Shown: in pieces, positions 9,027-18,478 of the stretch
Layout of the letters: every line of letters starts with the position of its first letter
Numbering within the stretch: the stretch's first letter is position 1
Notes under the pieces: model-generated
What the model was told of the DNA's origin: nothing
What the model saw: the letters and a program-made list of their open reading frames with translations, nothing else
Databases searched by the model: none
Source of the DNA: an uncultured Verrucomicrobiae bacterium
Lineage (GTDB): Bacteria; Verrucomicrobiota; Verrucomicrobiia; Limisphaerales; JAFGQR01
Assembly (NCBI GenBank): GCA_963788655.1
Contig: CAWBHS010000102.1
Location: forward strand, 41,835-105,834
Length of the DNA: 64,000 nt
Direction: 5' to 3'
Position numbers and translations under genes: made by a program

Positions 9027-12000
9027 ATGTACCTGAAGAATTTAACGGTCTTAGGATTTAAGTCCTTCGCGGACAAGACTTCGCTTAATTTTCAGCCGGG
9101 CGTGACGGCGATTGTGGGGCCCAATGGCTGCGGCAAGTCCAACGTGTCGGATGCCATCCGATGGGTTTTGGGCGAGCAGTCCGCCAAAGCGATGCGTGGT
9201 GGGGAGATGGCCGACGTCATATTCAATGGCACCGATGGCCGCAAACCGCTGGGAATGAGCGAGGTGTCGTTGACAATTGGCGGGGTCGATTCGGAGCATC
9301 TGATGGCTGCCGGTGTCGAGGTGGCTTACAACGAAGTAACGGTGACGCGCCGGATTTTCCGCGACGGCAGCAGCGAGTATTTCATGAACAAAACGCCCTG
9401 CCGCTTGAAGGACATCCAACAATTGTTCATGGGCACAGGCGTGGGCCGGACTAGTTACAGCATCATGGCCCAGGGCAATATTACCCAATTATTGTCCAGC
9501 AAACCGGAAGACCGTCGTTTGGTGTTCGAGGAAGCGGCCGGGATCACCAAGTTTAAGGCCCAAAAACGGGAAGCTTTGCGCAAGCTCGAGGCCACCGACC
9601 AGAATCTATTGCGCGTGCAGGATCTGATCAAGGAAGTCAAACGCCAGATTATCTCGTTGCAACGCCAGGCCGGCAAGGCTCGTCGCTATAAGCAATTCAT
9701 GCTCGAATTGCAGCATCTGGACACCCAACTTGCCCGGCACGAATTCGATGTGCTGCAATCCGAGATTCATCAGCGGAACGAAGCGTTGCAACAACATCGG
9801 GATGAAATCGAGCAATCTGCCGAACTCGTGATGCGCAGCGAGAACGAGATCGGCCAATTGCGTTCCCGGTTGTCGGAACTGGAACATGAAATCAGCCAGT
9901 ACCAGCAACGCGGCGTGGAGTTGAAAGCGGAAATCGAGCGCCACGAGAGCCGCATTCAATTCAACGAGGAACGCATCCGCGAAACCGAGGCGCAGCACGG
10001 CAGTGCGCTCAACGAAATTGCCCAGGCCGAAGAACGATGCCGCACCGCGCAGCAGGAACTCGCCAGTGTGACCGAGCGATTGGCGGCGGCTCAGGTCGCC
10101 CTGGAAGAGCAGCGGCAAACCCTCAACGCGAAACGTGAAGCGGTCCAGCAGGTGGAAAACGAGCTGCGCGACAAGCAGGAGGCTTTGCGCCAGGCCCAGG
10201 CCGCCGCGTTTGCGACTGCCCAGCAACTCAGCCGCGCGCGCAATGAAATCAACGCGCTGGACCTCCAGAAGCAAGGCAACGTGGTGCGGCTCGAAAAGCT
10301 GTCCGCCGAAAAAATTCAGTTGGAGGAAGAACGCGCCCGGCTCGAAGAGCGGTTGCAGGAGTTTGCATCCAACGCCGAGGTGCAGAAACTCAGTGTGCAA
10401 ACCCAACGCGGCACGCTTGAGGAACGCCAACAACGGTTGCGCGAAATCCAGCAGCACATCAACCAGGTGGGCCAGGAGTTGGATATCGTCCTGCACCAGC
10501 AATCCGAGAAACGTTCCCGTCTCAATGTGCTGGAACAATTGCAGTCCGAGCACGAGGGCTTCAGCGCCGGCACGCTGGCGGCGCTCAAACAGACGGAGGC
10601 GGTGCTGGGTTCGCTGGCGGATCGCATTCAGGTGCCGGACGAATACATCAAGGCAATCGAAGCCGCGCTGGGCCATCATTTGCAGGTGGTCATCACGCAG
10701 GAGCCGGAAGCGGCGCAGCAAATTCTGGCCGGCCTGAACGCCGGCAAGCAGGGCCGCGCCAGCATTACTTCATTGGCGCTGTTCAATGGCGAAGTGTCCG
10801 GAGCGTTGCCGATCACCGAAGTGGATTCGCCCGAAGCAATACCCATGACCGCGTCCACCGAGGAAACAAGCTCCGCCGATGCCGACGCCATGGCGGCTGT
10901 CGAAACGGCCGTTGATGAAACGGCGCCGCAAATACCAATGGTGCGCGCGGCCTCAGTGGTCAAAGCGGATCACACGGTGCGCCCGTTGATTTCGCGTCTG
11001 CTGGGCATGACCCGCATTGTGCCCGACCTTGCCGTGGCCACCGAGGCTTGGCGTGAGACTCATGGCGCGTTCCATTACGTCACGTTTTCCGGCGAACTGC
11101 TAAGCCGCCACGGCATCTATACGGGTGGTTCCTCCAACGGCGTGGCCCAGGCGCCAACATCCATTCTGGGACGGAAGAACCAGATTGCCGAATTGCAGGC
11201 GCAGCTCCAGCAGTTGCAGGAAGCGATTGCCGAAACCAGCCGCCGCAAAGGTGCGCTTCAAAGCGAGTACACGGAATTGCAAGCCAGTTTGCACGAAGCA
11301 CAGACCGAGTTGCGCGCCCAGGAAGTCGCCATTGCCACCCACGAAGGCGAGTTCCATGCGCTCCAGAATTCGCAGCGCGTCTTGCACCAGAAGATTGATA
11401 CGGTGGTCTATGAAATTCAGAGCCTGGCCGCGCAGGAAGAGGCAGGCGGACAAAAGCGCGCCGGCTTGGCCGCGCAATTGTTGGAACTCGAAAACGCGGA
11501 ACAGACGGGGCAACAGACCGTGGCCGAATTAACCGCTGACGTGGAAAACCTGCGGCAGCAGCGCGAGACGCTGAACGCGGATCTCACTGAAACCAAAGTT
11601 GCAGTAGCCACGCAGGAACAACTCTGCGCCGCCCTTGAACAACAACAAACCCCGCTGCAAAACCGCATCCAGGAACTCACCCAATTAGCCGAACAACGTC
11701 GGAATGAGATCGGTACGTTCGCCACGCGCAAGACCCAGTGCGAACAGGAGATTGGTGAGTCCCGTCGCCGCATGGTTGATCTCGAGCACGAGCGCGAACA
11801 GACCAGCCTCCAGACCGCCGAATTGATCACGCAAAAGGACAGCCTGGAAGCCGACATCGCAGGCCGCGAAGAGGGCCTGCGCGAATTGCGGCGGCGCGTG
11901 GACGAATTACAGCAAGTCCGCAGCGCGGTGGAAGTGGAACTGGCGCAAAAGAACATGGCGGTGCAGAACCTGCGCGAGCGCATCCAGCAAAAATACCAGG

Positions 12001-12890
12001 TCAACCTGGATGAGGTCCGCAGCGAGTGCATTACCATCACCTACGCTGAGGGCGGGCCGCCGAAGGTGGAAACGCTCACACCCGAGGAGATGTCCACCGC
12101 CGGCGTGTCCACCGACTGGAACGCCGTAGCCGAGCAGGTCGCGGGGTTGCAGCGGCGCATCGATGAAATGGGACCGGTTAATTTGGTGGCCATCGAGGAA
12201 TACGAAGAAACCGAGCAGCGATATCAATTTCTGACCCGGCAGAACGACGACTTGGTGCAGGCCAAGGCGCATTTGCACGAAGTCATCAACCGCATCAATA
12301 CGCAAACGCGCGAAATGTTTACGGAGACGTTTAACCGGATTCGGGACAATTTCCGGAACATGTTCACCGAGATCTTCGGCGGCGGGAAGGCCGACCTGAT
12401 GTTGACAAATGAGGGCGACGTGTTGGAAAGCGGTATCGACATCATGGCCCGTCCGCCCGGCAAACAGCTTCAAAGCATCACGCTGCTCTCCGGCGGGGAG
12501 CAGACCATGACCGCCGTGGCGTTGCTCTTCTCGATCTACCAGGTCAAACCCAGTCCGTTCTGCGTGCTGGACGAATTGGATGCGCCACTCGACGAATCGA
12601 ACATCAACCGGTTCATCCGCATTCTCCAGCGGTTTCTCGAACAATCGCAGTTCATCATCATCACCCACAACAAGCGCACCATCGGCATGGCCGACGTGCT
12701 CTACGGCGTCACGATGCAGGAACAGGGCGTCAGCCGGATTGTCAGTGTTAAATTCCACAAAGCCGAAGATCAGGTGACCGATCACAAGCCCGAATCCATC
12801 GAGACTCCCATTGAGGGCAAGCGGGTCGAAGACGAAGAAGACACGCTCCATTCGAAAGAAGAGACTCTGGAAATGGTGATGGCCAAGTAA
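9027..12890 (+). CDS. smc: Chromosome partition protein Smc
   Basis: GFKSF, GPNGCGKSN Walker A, coiled coils, hinge, LSGGE, LDELDAPLD. Confidence 0.97.
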   Translation: MYLKNLTVLGFKSFADKTSLNFQPGVTAIVGPNGCGKSNVSDAIRWVLGEQSAKAMRGGEMADVIFNGTDGRKPLGMSEVSLTIGGVDSEHLMAAGVEVAYNEVTVTRRIFRDGSSEYFMNKTPCRLKDIQQLFMGTGVGRTSYSIMAQGNITQLLSSKPEDRRLVFEEAAGITKFKAQKREALRKLEATDQNLLRVQDLIKEVKRQIISLQRQAGKARRYKQFMLELQHLDTQLARHEFDVLQSEIHQRNEALQQHRDEIEQSAELVMRSENEIGQLRSRLSELEHEISQYQQRGVELKAEIERHESRIQFNEERIRETEAQHGSALNEIAQAEERCRTAQQELASVTERLAAAQVALEEQRQTLNAKREAVQQVENELRDKQEALRQAQAAAFATAQQLSRARNEINALDLQKQGNVVRLEKLSAEKIQLEEERARLEERLQEFASNAEVQKLSVQTQRGTLEERQQRLREIQQHINQVGQELDIVLHQQSEKRSRLNVLEQLQSEHEGFSAGTLAALKQTEAVLGSLADRIQVPDEYIKAIEAALGHHLQVVITQEPEAAQQILAGLNAGKQGRASITSLALFNGEVSGALPITEVDSPEAIPMTASTEETSSADADAMAAVETAVDETAPQIPMVRAASVVKADHTVRPLISRLLGMTRIVPDLAVATEAWRETHGAFHYVTFSGELLSRHGIYTGGSSNGVAQAPTSILGRKNQIAELQAQLQQLQEAIAETSRRKGALQSEYTELQASLHEAQTELRAQEVAIATHEGEFHALQNSQRVLHQKIDTVVYEIQSLAAQEEAGGQKRAGLAAQLLELENAEQTGQQTVAELTADVENLRQQRETLNADLTETKVAVATQEQLCAALEQQQTPLQNRIQELTQLAEQRRNEIGTFATRKTQCEQEIGESRRRMVDLEHEREQTSLQTAELITQKDSLEADIAGREEGLRELRRRVDELQQVRSAVEVELAQKNMAVQNLRERIQQKYQVNLDEVRSECITITYAEGGPPKVETLTPEEMSTAGVSTDWNAVAEQVAGLQRRIDEMGPVNLVAIEEYEETEQRYQFLTRQNDDLVQAKAHLHEVINRINTQTREMFTETFNRIRDNFRNMFTEIFGGGKADLMLTNEGDVLESGIDIMARPPGKQLQSITLLSGGEQTMTAVALLFSIYQVKPSPFCVLDELDAPLDESNINRFIRILQRFLEQSQFIIITHNKRTIGMADVLYGVTMQEQGVSRIVSVKFHKAEDQVTDHKPESIETPIEGKRVEDEEDTLHSKEETLEMVMAK

Positions 12891-12985
12891 CGTGCTGCCG
12901 CCGTCTCGCCGGCAGAAAAAAACACGGAGTCCACGTTCGAAGCGGTACCGTGACGGCCACCGCCCAGAATGGTTACGGACGCAGT

Positions 12986-13861
12986 TCAAGGCGCACGCGA
13001 ACCAGCCAGTGGACTGGGTGAAGCGGGACTATTCCACCGTTCGCCGGCTTGCAGGATTTGATACGACTGCTTCAATCGCTCACAGGTTTGGCGGAATTCG
13101 TCGGGCGTGGCGGTGTTGAATTCAAACAGGTCGTAATGGCACGGGATCACGCAGCGGGCGCCAACGTCATGAGCCAGTTGCGCCGCTTCCCGCCCCCAGA
13201 GATTTCCGGCCACCCGCCGTTCGAAAGCGCGGCCGTTGATGGGCAGCAGCGCCAAGTCAATCGAGAATTGGCGCAAGTGTTTCACCAAGCCGTCATACCA
13301 AACCGTATCGCCGCTGTGATAAACGGTCCAAGGACCAAAGCGCACCACGTACCCCAGAAACTTGCAGCGCCCTTTCTCGTCGCGCTCGACGGCTTCGTGG
13401 GCTGCCGGCACGCCCGTAATGTGAAACGGCCCGAGCGCAATAGTGGTGCCCGCATCTACCCCGACCGGCCAATTCACCGGACAATCCAATCGCTCCGCCA
13501 CGAACAACCGGTTCGCCTCGGGAATGACGAATCGCAAGCGCGGATTGATCGCCCGCATCGGTTGGAGCGTTTCCGCGTCGAGGTGATCGGTGTGATTGTG
13601 GCTCGAGGTGACCACGTTCACGAACGCCAATTGCTCCGGGGCAATGACGCGTTCGGTCATGCGAACGTGGGGCTTATCGGTGTCCGCGTACTTGCGCGTC
13701 AAGGAATCCGACAGATACGGATCGAGCAACAGGTAGTGGGTGTGCCAATGGACAAGGAAGCCGCTTTGCCCCAGCCACCAGACGTGAAACCGTCGCCGGT
13801 CCACCCGAGCGGCGGCAATGTCTTGCAGTAAAGCACCGTTGGCTTGGAGGGGCTGGATCAT
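12986..13861 (-). CDS. MBL-fold hydrolase (UlaG-like lactonase)
   Basis: WWLGQSGF, LLDPYLS, SHNHTDHLD, YHSGDT, IPCHYD. Confidence 0.85.
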   Translation of the reverse strand: MIQPLQANGALLQDIAAARVDRRRFHVWWLGQSGFLVHWHTHYLLLDPYLSDSLTRKYADTDKPHVRMTERVIAPEQLAFVNVVTSSHNHTDHLDAETLQPMRAINPRLRFVIPEANRLFVAERLDCPVNWPVGVDAGTTIALGPFHITGVPAAHEAVERDEKGRCKFLGYVVRFGPWTVYHSGDTVWYDGLVKHLRQFSIDLALLPINGRAFERRVAGNLWGREAAQLAHDVGARCVIPCHYDLFEFNTATPDEFRQTCERLKQSYQILQAGERWNSPASPSPLAGSRAP

Positions 13862-13941
13862 GTGAGTGAGCAGGTACATTTTACGGACAACTATCTTCTG
13901 GTGTGTTATTAGCGCGATTCGCCTGTGCTCGCCCTTTGAAC

Positions 13942-14084
13942 GGGGGGCGCGCCCGCCCCGGGCGCTGTCCATGGCGCCTCGCCATGGACTCACACACGAA
14001 CGCCAACCACTCGTTCGAGTGCGCCGTTCCATTCGTGTTCGGCGCGAGGCGCACCGAACAACAGGCGAGGCGCCTGTGCTCCCC
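13942..14084. repeat. REPIN family C (GGGGGCGCGCCCGCCCCGGGCGC... with inverted partner)
   Basis: Double-hairpin arms; related copy at 26290-26437. Confidence 0.7.
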
Positions 14085-14101
14085 GCGCAAGTGGGTCACG
14101 G

Positions 14102-15151
14102 TCATAATTCGTTCCGCACTTGTTGCACACCGGCCACCAGATGGCGCAGTTTGGCCTTCGCCGCCCAGCGGGCGGTCTGGCTGAGCCCGCAATCGGGCGC
14201 CAAAACCAGCCGCTCGGCGGGGGCGTGTTGCAAACAGGCGCGCACGCGGCGGGCCACTTCGTCCACCGATTCGATATAGTAGCTCTTTACATCGATGATG
14301 CCGACCGCCACGTCCTTCTGTTGTGCGATGGTGCCGATAAGTTCCAGTTCGGCGAATTCGCGGCTGGCCATTTCAACGTGGATTTCGTCCACCTGCATAT
14401 CCAGGAACGCCGGGAACATCGGCGCATACCGGCGCAAACCGACGGCGTGTCCTTTGTAATTGCCGAAGCACAAATGCGTGCTGAGCCGGCAGCGGCCCAC
14501 CAGCGGCGCCACGGTGCGATTGAAAATATCAACGAACCGGTGCGGATCTTCGCGGTGGGCGTAACAGCTCATGGACGGTTCGTCCACGGTGATCTCGCGA
14601 CAACCAGCGGCCACCAAACCCTCCAGTTCGCGTTGGACAAGCGGCAACAACGCCTCCGTCAACGCCCAACGATCCGGGTAGGTGGCATTGGGAACCAGCC
14701 GGCCACTGAGCGTGTACGGGCCGGGAACACTGGCCTTGAGGGTGGGCGTCGAATCACTCGCTAAGCCCTGAGCATTGGCCAGGCGTTGCAGGCGATTGAA
14801 ATCCTCAACCGTGCCCAAACCTCTCGGCGCGGCCAAGGTGCCGGTGACTTGGTGGCGTCCGCGTTGATCATGCGCGGGCGGACCGAAGCGGCGGGGCGGC
14901 GCGGATTCGAGGGAAATACCTTCAATGAAACCGTAAAATGAAAGGTTGAAATCCAGCCGGGTCTGTTCGCCGTCGGTGATGACATCCAATCCGGCGGCCA
15001 GTTGATCCTGGACCGCCACCGTGACGGCGTCGTCGATCATTTCCTCCCGATCGGCAGCGCCGAATTGGTCGAGGTGTTGACAGGCGAATTCCAGCCACGC
15101 CGGGAACGGGTAACTGCCGATGACAGTGGTACGCAAGGGGCGTTCTTTCAT
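14102..15151 (-). CDS. Short (core) cobalamin-independent methionine synthase-like protein
   Basis: TTVIGSYP, GLDVITDGEQ, VDEP, Zn ligands HLC, HVE, PDCG; 349 aa single barrel. Confidence 0.85.
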   Translation of the reverse strand: MKERPLRTTVIGSYPFPAWLEFACQHLDQFGAADREEMIDDAVTVAVQDQLAAGLDVITDGEQTRLDFNLSFYGFIEGISLESAPPRRFGPPAHDQRGRHQVTGTLAAPRGLGTVEDFNRLQRLANAQGLASDSTPTLKASVPGPYTLSGRLVPNATYPDRWALTEALLPLVQRELEGLVAAGCREITVDEPSMSCYAHREDPHRFVDIFNRTVAPLVGRCRLSTHLCFGNYKGHAVGLRRYAPMFPAFLDMQVDEIHVEMASREFAELELIGTIAQQKDVAVGIIDVKSYYIESVDEVARRVRACLQHAPAERLVLAPDCGLSQTARWAAKAKLRHLVAGVQQVRNEL

Positions 15152-15945
15152 GAGCTGACCAATCCGAGGTTTTGATACAATCGCGCCAGCCGCCGCGCGT
15201 GTTCATCGTAGGCCGATTCAAATAGCTGGGTCGCTTTGGCCGCGCCCACCACGGCGCTGGCGGTCAAGACGAGGGGCGGTTTGCCGGCCCGCACCAATCG
15301 TTCGGCGACTTCGGCTTTGAGGGCGTTGATGAGCAGACAACCGCCCACCGTCGAGCCAGGCGAAACCTTCGTCTCCAAGCCATCGATCTTCACCATGGCA
15401 TCGCCCACCGGCGCCCCGGTATCCAAGACCAAGTCCGCAAAGTCGGCCAACTTCTTGCCGTCCCGATGCTGGCTGCGGCTGGCGTCCGCGTGCGCCCGGC
15501 TCACGATGGCCACGACTTTGATTCCGCGTTGCCGGAAGCACTCAGCCATCTCGATGGGCACCACGTTGCAACCGCTGGACGAAACCACCAATGCCGAGTC
15601 GCGGTCGGACAAATCGAAGTTGCGCAGGATGCGCTCCGCCAAGCCACTGACGTTTTCGAGGAACATGGCCTGGCGCTGGCCGTTGGGCCCGACGACCAGG
15701 TTGTGGAAGCTGAGCGACAATTCGACAATCGGATTGAAACCGGGAAAGGAGCCGTAGCGTGGCCACATTTCTTCGACCAGAATCCGGCTGTGTCCGGAGC
15801 CAAACAAATGCACCATCCGCCCGGCCAAAATGGTTTCACTGAACCAATCCGCCGCGGTTTGAATGGCCGGCAGTTGCTGCTCCACCTGCGCGAACAGACC
15901 GCGGCAGGCATTGAGATATTCTTCGCTGGGACGCATCGAGTTCAT
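15148..15945 (-). CDS. SIS-domain sugar-phosphate isomerase-like protein
   Basis: HLFGSGHS, SSSGCN..PIEMA, LVLDTGAPVGDA, PGSTV. Confidence 0.85.
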   Translation of the reverse strand: MNSMRPSEEYLNACRGLFAQVEQQLPAIQTAADWFSETILAGRMVHLFGSGHSRILVEEMWPRYGSFPGFNPIVELSLSFHNLVVGPNGQRQAMFLENVSGLAERILRNFDLSDRDSALVVSSSGCNVVPIEMAECFRQRGIKVVAIVSRAHADASRSQHRDGKKLADFADLVLDTGAPVGDAMVKIDGLETKVSPGSTVGGCLLINALKAEVAERLVRAGKPPLVLTASAVVGAAKATQLFESAYDEHARRLARLYQNLGLVSS

Positions 15946-15952
15946 AAATGCC

Positions 15953-16759
15953 TCATTCTTTTCCTTCGCTGACGGACCACCCGGCGTCCACCGTCAGCGT
16001 GTCGCCGGTGATCATGGCGGCGTCATCACTCATCAGGAAGACGGCCGCGCGCGCGATGGCCTCCGGTTCGATCAATCCTTCGGCCAGCGGTTGTTTGGTT
16101 TTCATGAGATGGAGGATCGTTTCATCCTGTTGAGCCCGCTGGCTCATCGGCGTGCGCACCAGCGCCGGCGCGAGGGCGTTGACACGGATCTTCAGCGGTG
16201 CGTAATAGGCGGCCATGCTCCGGGTCAAGCCGAGGATGGCGGCCTTGCTGGTGGCGTAGGCATGGGTGGCAAAATGTCGGGCCGACGGCGCAAATCCCAA
16301 CACGCTGGACATGTTCACGATGGCGCCGCGTAATCCCTGCGCATCCGGAGCTTGCGCGAGCATCTGCTTGAGCGCGGCTCGGCACATATAAAACGTGCTT
16401 TGGAGATTGGTGTCCATAGTTCGGAGCCAGCCTTCGTCGGAACACTCGTGGACCGGACCATCTCCGAACTTGCGACCGCTGATGCCCACGACGTTGAACA
16501 ACGCATCCAGGCGCTCGAATCGTTTGAGGCATTCGGCTACCGCGGCATCGACGGCGTTGGATTGAGTCAAATCGGCAGGTGCAAACTCGCAGTCGCCGCC
16601 CATCGTCAAAATCCTCTTCCGCAAGTCCTGTCCCGCTTCAGCCGTCAAGCCAGTGACAAACACTCGCGCCCCTTCGCTCACCGCCAACTCCGCCGTGGCC
16701 GCGGCGATGCCCGTGGTGCCGGTGATCAGGATCGTTTTGTTCTGGAGCTTGCCGGGCAT
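15953..16759 (-). CDS. SDR family oxidoreductase
   Basis: ILITGTTGI, YATSK (YxxxK), IRVNALAP, TVDAG. Confidence 0.9.
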   Translation of the reverse strand: MPGKLQNKTILITGTTGIAAATAELAVSEGARVFVTGLTAEAGQDLRKRILTMGGDCEFAPADLTQSNAVDAAVAECLKRFERLDALFNVVGISGRKFGDGPVHECSDEGWLRTMDTNLQSTFYMCRAALKQMLAQAPDAQGLRGAIVNMSSVLGFAPSARHFATHAYATSKAAILGLTRSMAAYYAPLKIRVNALAPALVRTPMSQRAQQDETILHLMKTKQPLAEGLIEPEAIARAAVFLMSDDAAMITGDTLTVDAGWSVSEGKE

Positions 16760-16761
16760 GG

Positions 16762-17805
16762 TCAGCTTGTTTTCACCCGCACCCATTTACGCGAGCGCAT
16801 GGAGCGATAACCGGCGTCCAAAATGCAATTAACCATGTAACCGTCGTCGTACGTCTCGCGTGGGATGTGCCGCTCCCGTACGCACTCGACAAAATGTTTC
16901 ATCTCCGCCTGGTACCCATAAGCGAAGGCCTCCTCCGGTAGCGGCCGGGTCCAGCCAAAATCCAGGTCAGCCTTTTCTACCACATAGCCCGCCGAACGCC
17001 GCGTGAACGTGGTCATTGGCGTACCGCGCGTAACATCGGTGAAGATGGAGCCTTCGGAACCGTGGACTTCATTGCGCAGGTCCAAACCGCCCTTGGTGGT
17101 CCAGGAGAGTTCGCAATGCGCAATGCCGCCCCCGGCCAATCGCATCACCAGCAATGCGTTGTCTTCGCCCTGGGTTTTCTGCTGATGCACCAGCGTGTCG
17201 CCCCAGGCCATGACTTCCACCACCGGATCATCTTTGCCAAAGAAATAGCGCGCGGCTTCGACGCAATGGCAGCCCAGGTCGTTGAGCGCGCCACCGCCGG
17301 TATTCTCGATGTTCCAGAAATGGGCGCTGTGCGGCCCACTGTGCGATTCGCGTGAGCGCACCCAAAGCACCCGGCCCACGCCGCCGCGCTCGATCATCGC
17401 CCGCGCCTTCACGATGGCCGGCGCGAACACTTCGGTTTCGGCATAACCGTGCAGCATGCCCGAATGGTGCGCGGCGTCCCGCATCTGGCGGGCTTCGTCC
17501 GGATTGCGCGCGAGCGGTTTGGTGCAGACCTGGTGCCGCTTGGCCTGCGATAACGCCAGGCTGACCGGCAGATGGGCTTCGTTGGGGAGGGCGATGACGT
17601 ATAAATCAATATCGCTGCGGGCAATCAATCCTTTCAAATCGGTGGTCGCCTCAGGAATGTTCCAACGGCGCGCGAACGCCCGGGCACGTTTGAGCGACCG
17701 CGAGTAAGCGACCGTCACCTGCTGGCCGTTCACATTGGCCAGACCTTGGAGGTAAAACTCCGCCACAAAACCCGAGCCCAGCATGGCGATATTGATGGTT
17801 TTCAT
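16762..17805 (-). CDS. Gfo/Idh/MocA family oxidoreductase
   Basis: MLGSGFVA, PNEAH, CTKPLA, GGGALNDLGCH. Confidence 0.9.
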   Translation of the reverse strand: MKTINIAMLGSGFVAEFYLQGLANVNGQQVTVAYSRSLKRARAFARRWNIPEATTDLKGLIARSDIDLYVIALPNEAHLPVSLALSQAKRHQVCTKPLARNPDEARQMRDAAHHSGMLHGYAETEVFAPAIVKARAMIERGGVGRVLWVRSRESHSGPHSAHFWNIENTGGGALNDLGCHCVEAARYFFGKDDPVVEVMAWGDTLVHQQKTQGEDNALLVMRLAGGGIAHCELSWTTKGGLDLRNEVHGSEGSIFTDVTRGTPMTTFTRRSAGYVVEKADLDFGWTRPLPEEAFAYGYQAEMKHFVECVRERHIPRETYDDGYMVNCILDAGYRSMRSRKWVRVKTS

Positions 17806-17933
17806 CGTGTGCGCCCGGACGTTAGCAAACTCGGCTCGTTTGAGAAAGGCTTTTGCAAGAGGTTAGAAAAATTGTTTTTATGGGACGATTGGCAATTAGA
17901 AACCTGGAGAGGTGCGGGCGCAACTCAGGCATG

Positions 17934-18049
17934 GTAGGACAGCCGTCCCGGCTATCCCGAACTCGCAAGCAACGCACCTTGGTCAATGATCCCAGCTCGC
18001 AAATAGGAACGTCACACAAACTCCGAAACCGGCGGGACTCCTGTCCTCC
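17934..18049. repeat. REPIN family A (GTAGGACAGCCGTCCCGGCT...), copy 1
   Basis: GTAG-led palindrome with inverted partner ACCGGCGGGACTCCTGTCCTCC. Confidence 0.75.
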
Positions 18050-18101
18050 GGCTTTGCCGCGTTTGCGCTTCCTCGTTGCGCTTTGAGCGTCGCGCAGTCC
18101 G

Positions 18102-18249
18102 TCGCGCCAGCGTTTGGAGTGCATCCGGCTTGCCGGCGCTTTCGTCGTGAAAAGAACGGTCAAATTCATAAGCGCGTGCGGCATTGGTTTGATCGGCTGT
18201 TGATCAAACGAAAGCGGGAGCAAGCTCGCCGCACTCCAAACGCTACGCG
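18102..18249. repeat. REPIN family B (GCGCCAGCGTTTGGAGTGC...GCACTCCAAACGC), copy 1
   Basis: Inverted arms; further copies at 49516 and 52322 with homologous spacers. Confidence 0.8.
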
Positions 18250-18282
18250 CGGTTCGAGCACCACGCTCCTACTGCAAGCTGT

Positions 18283-18400
18283 GTAGGACAGCCGTCCCGG
18301 CTGTCTCGAATGTTCCAAGGCGCGCCACTGGTTACGGGATCGTTCAAACTGATGCGAAAGCTCTTCGGGTGATTCGGGACCGGCGGGACGCCTGTCCTAC
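18283..18400. repeat. REPIN family A, copy 2
   Basis: GTAGGACAGCCGTCCCGGCTGTC ... GACCGGCGGGACGCCTGTCCTAC. Confidence 0.8.
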
Positions 18401-18478
18401 CGGCATAACGTAGCACTCGGGCCATGCTCTCCCGCCGCCTTTCCTCGACATCCGAAGTCCCTTTGGTAGGTTTGCGTC

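Noticed and set aside
17934..18400. CRISPR array
   Set aside because: Repeats are inverted palindromic doublets with irregular spacing; no cas genes.
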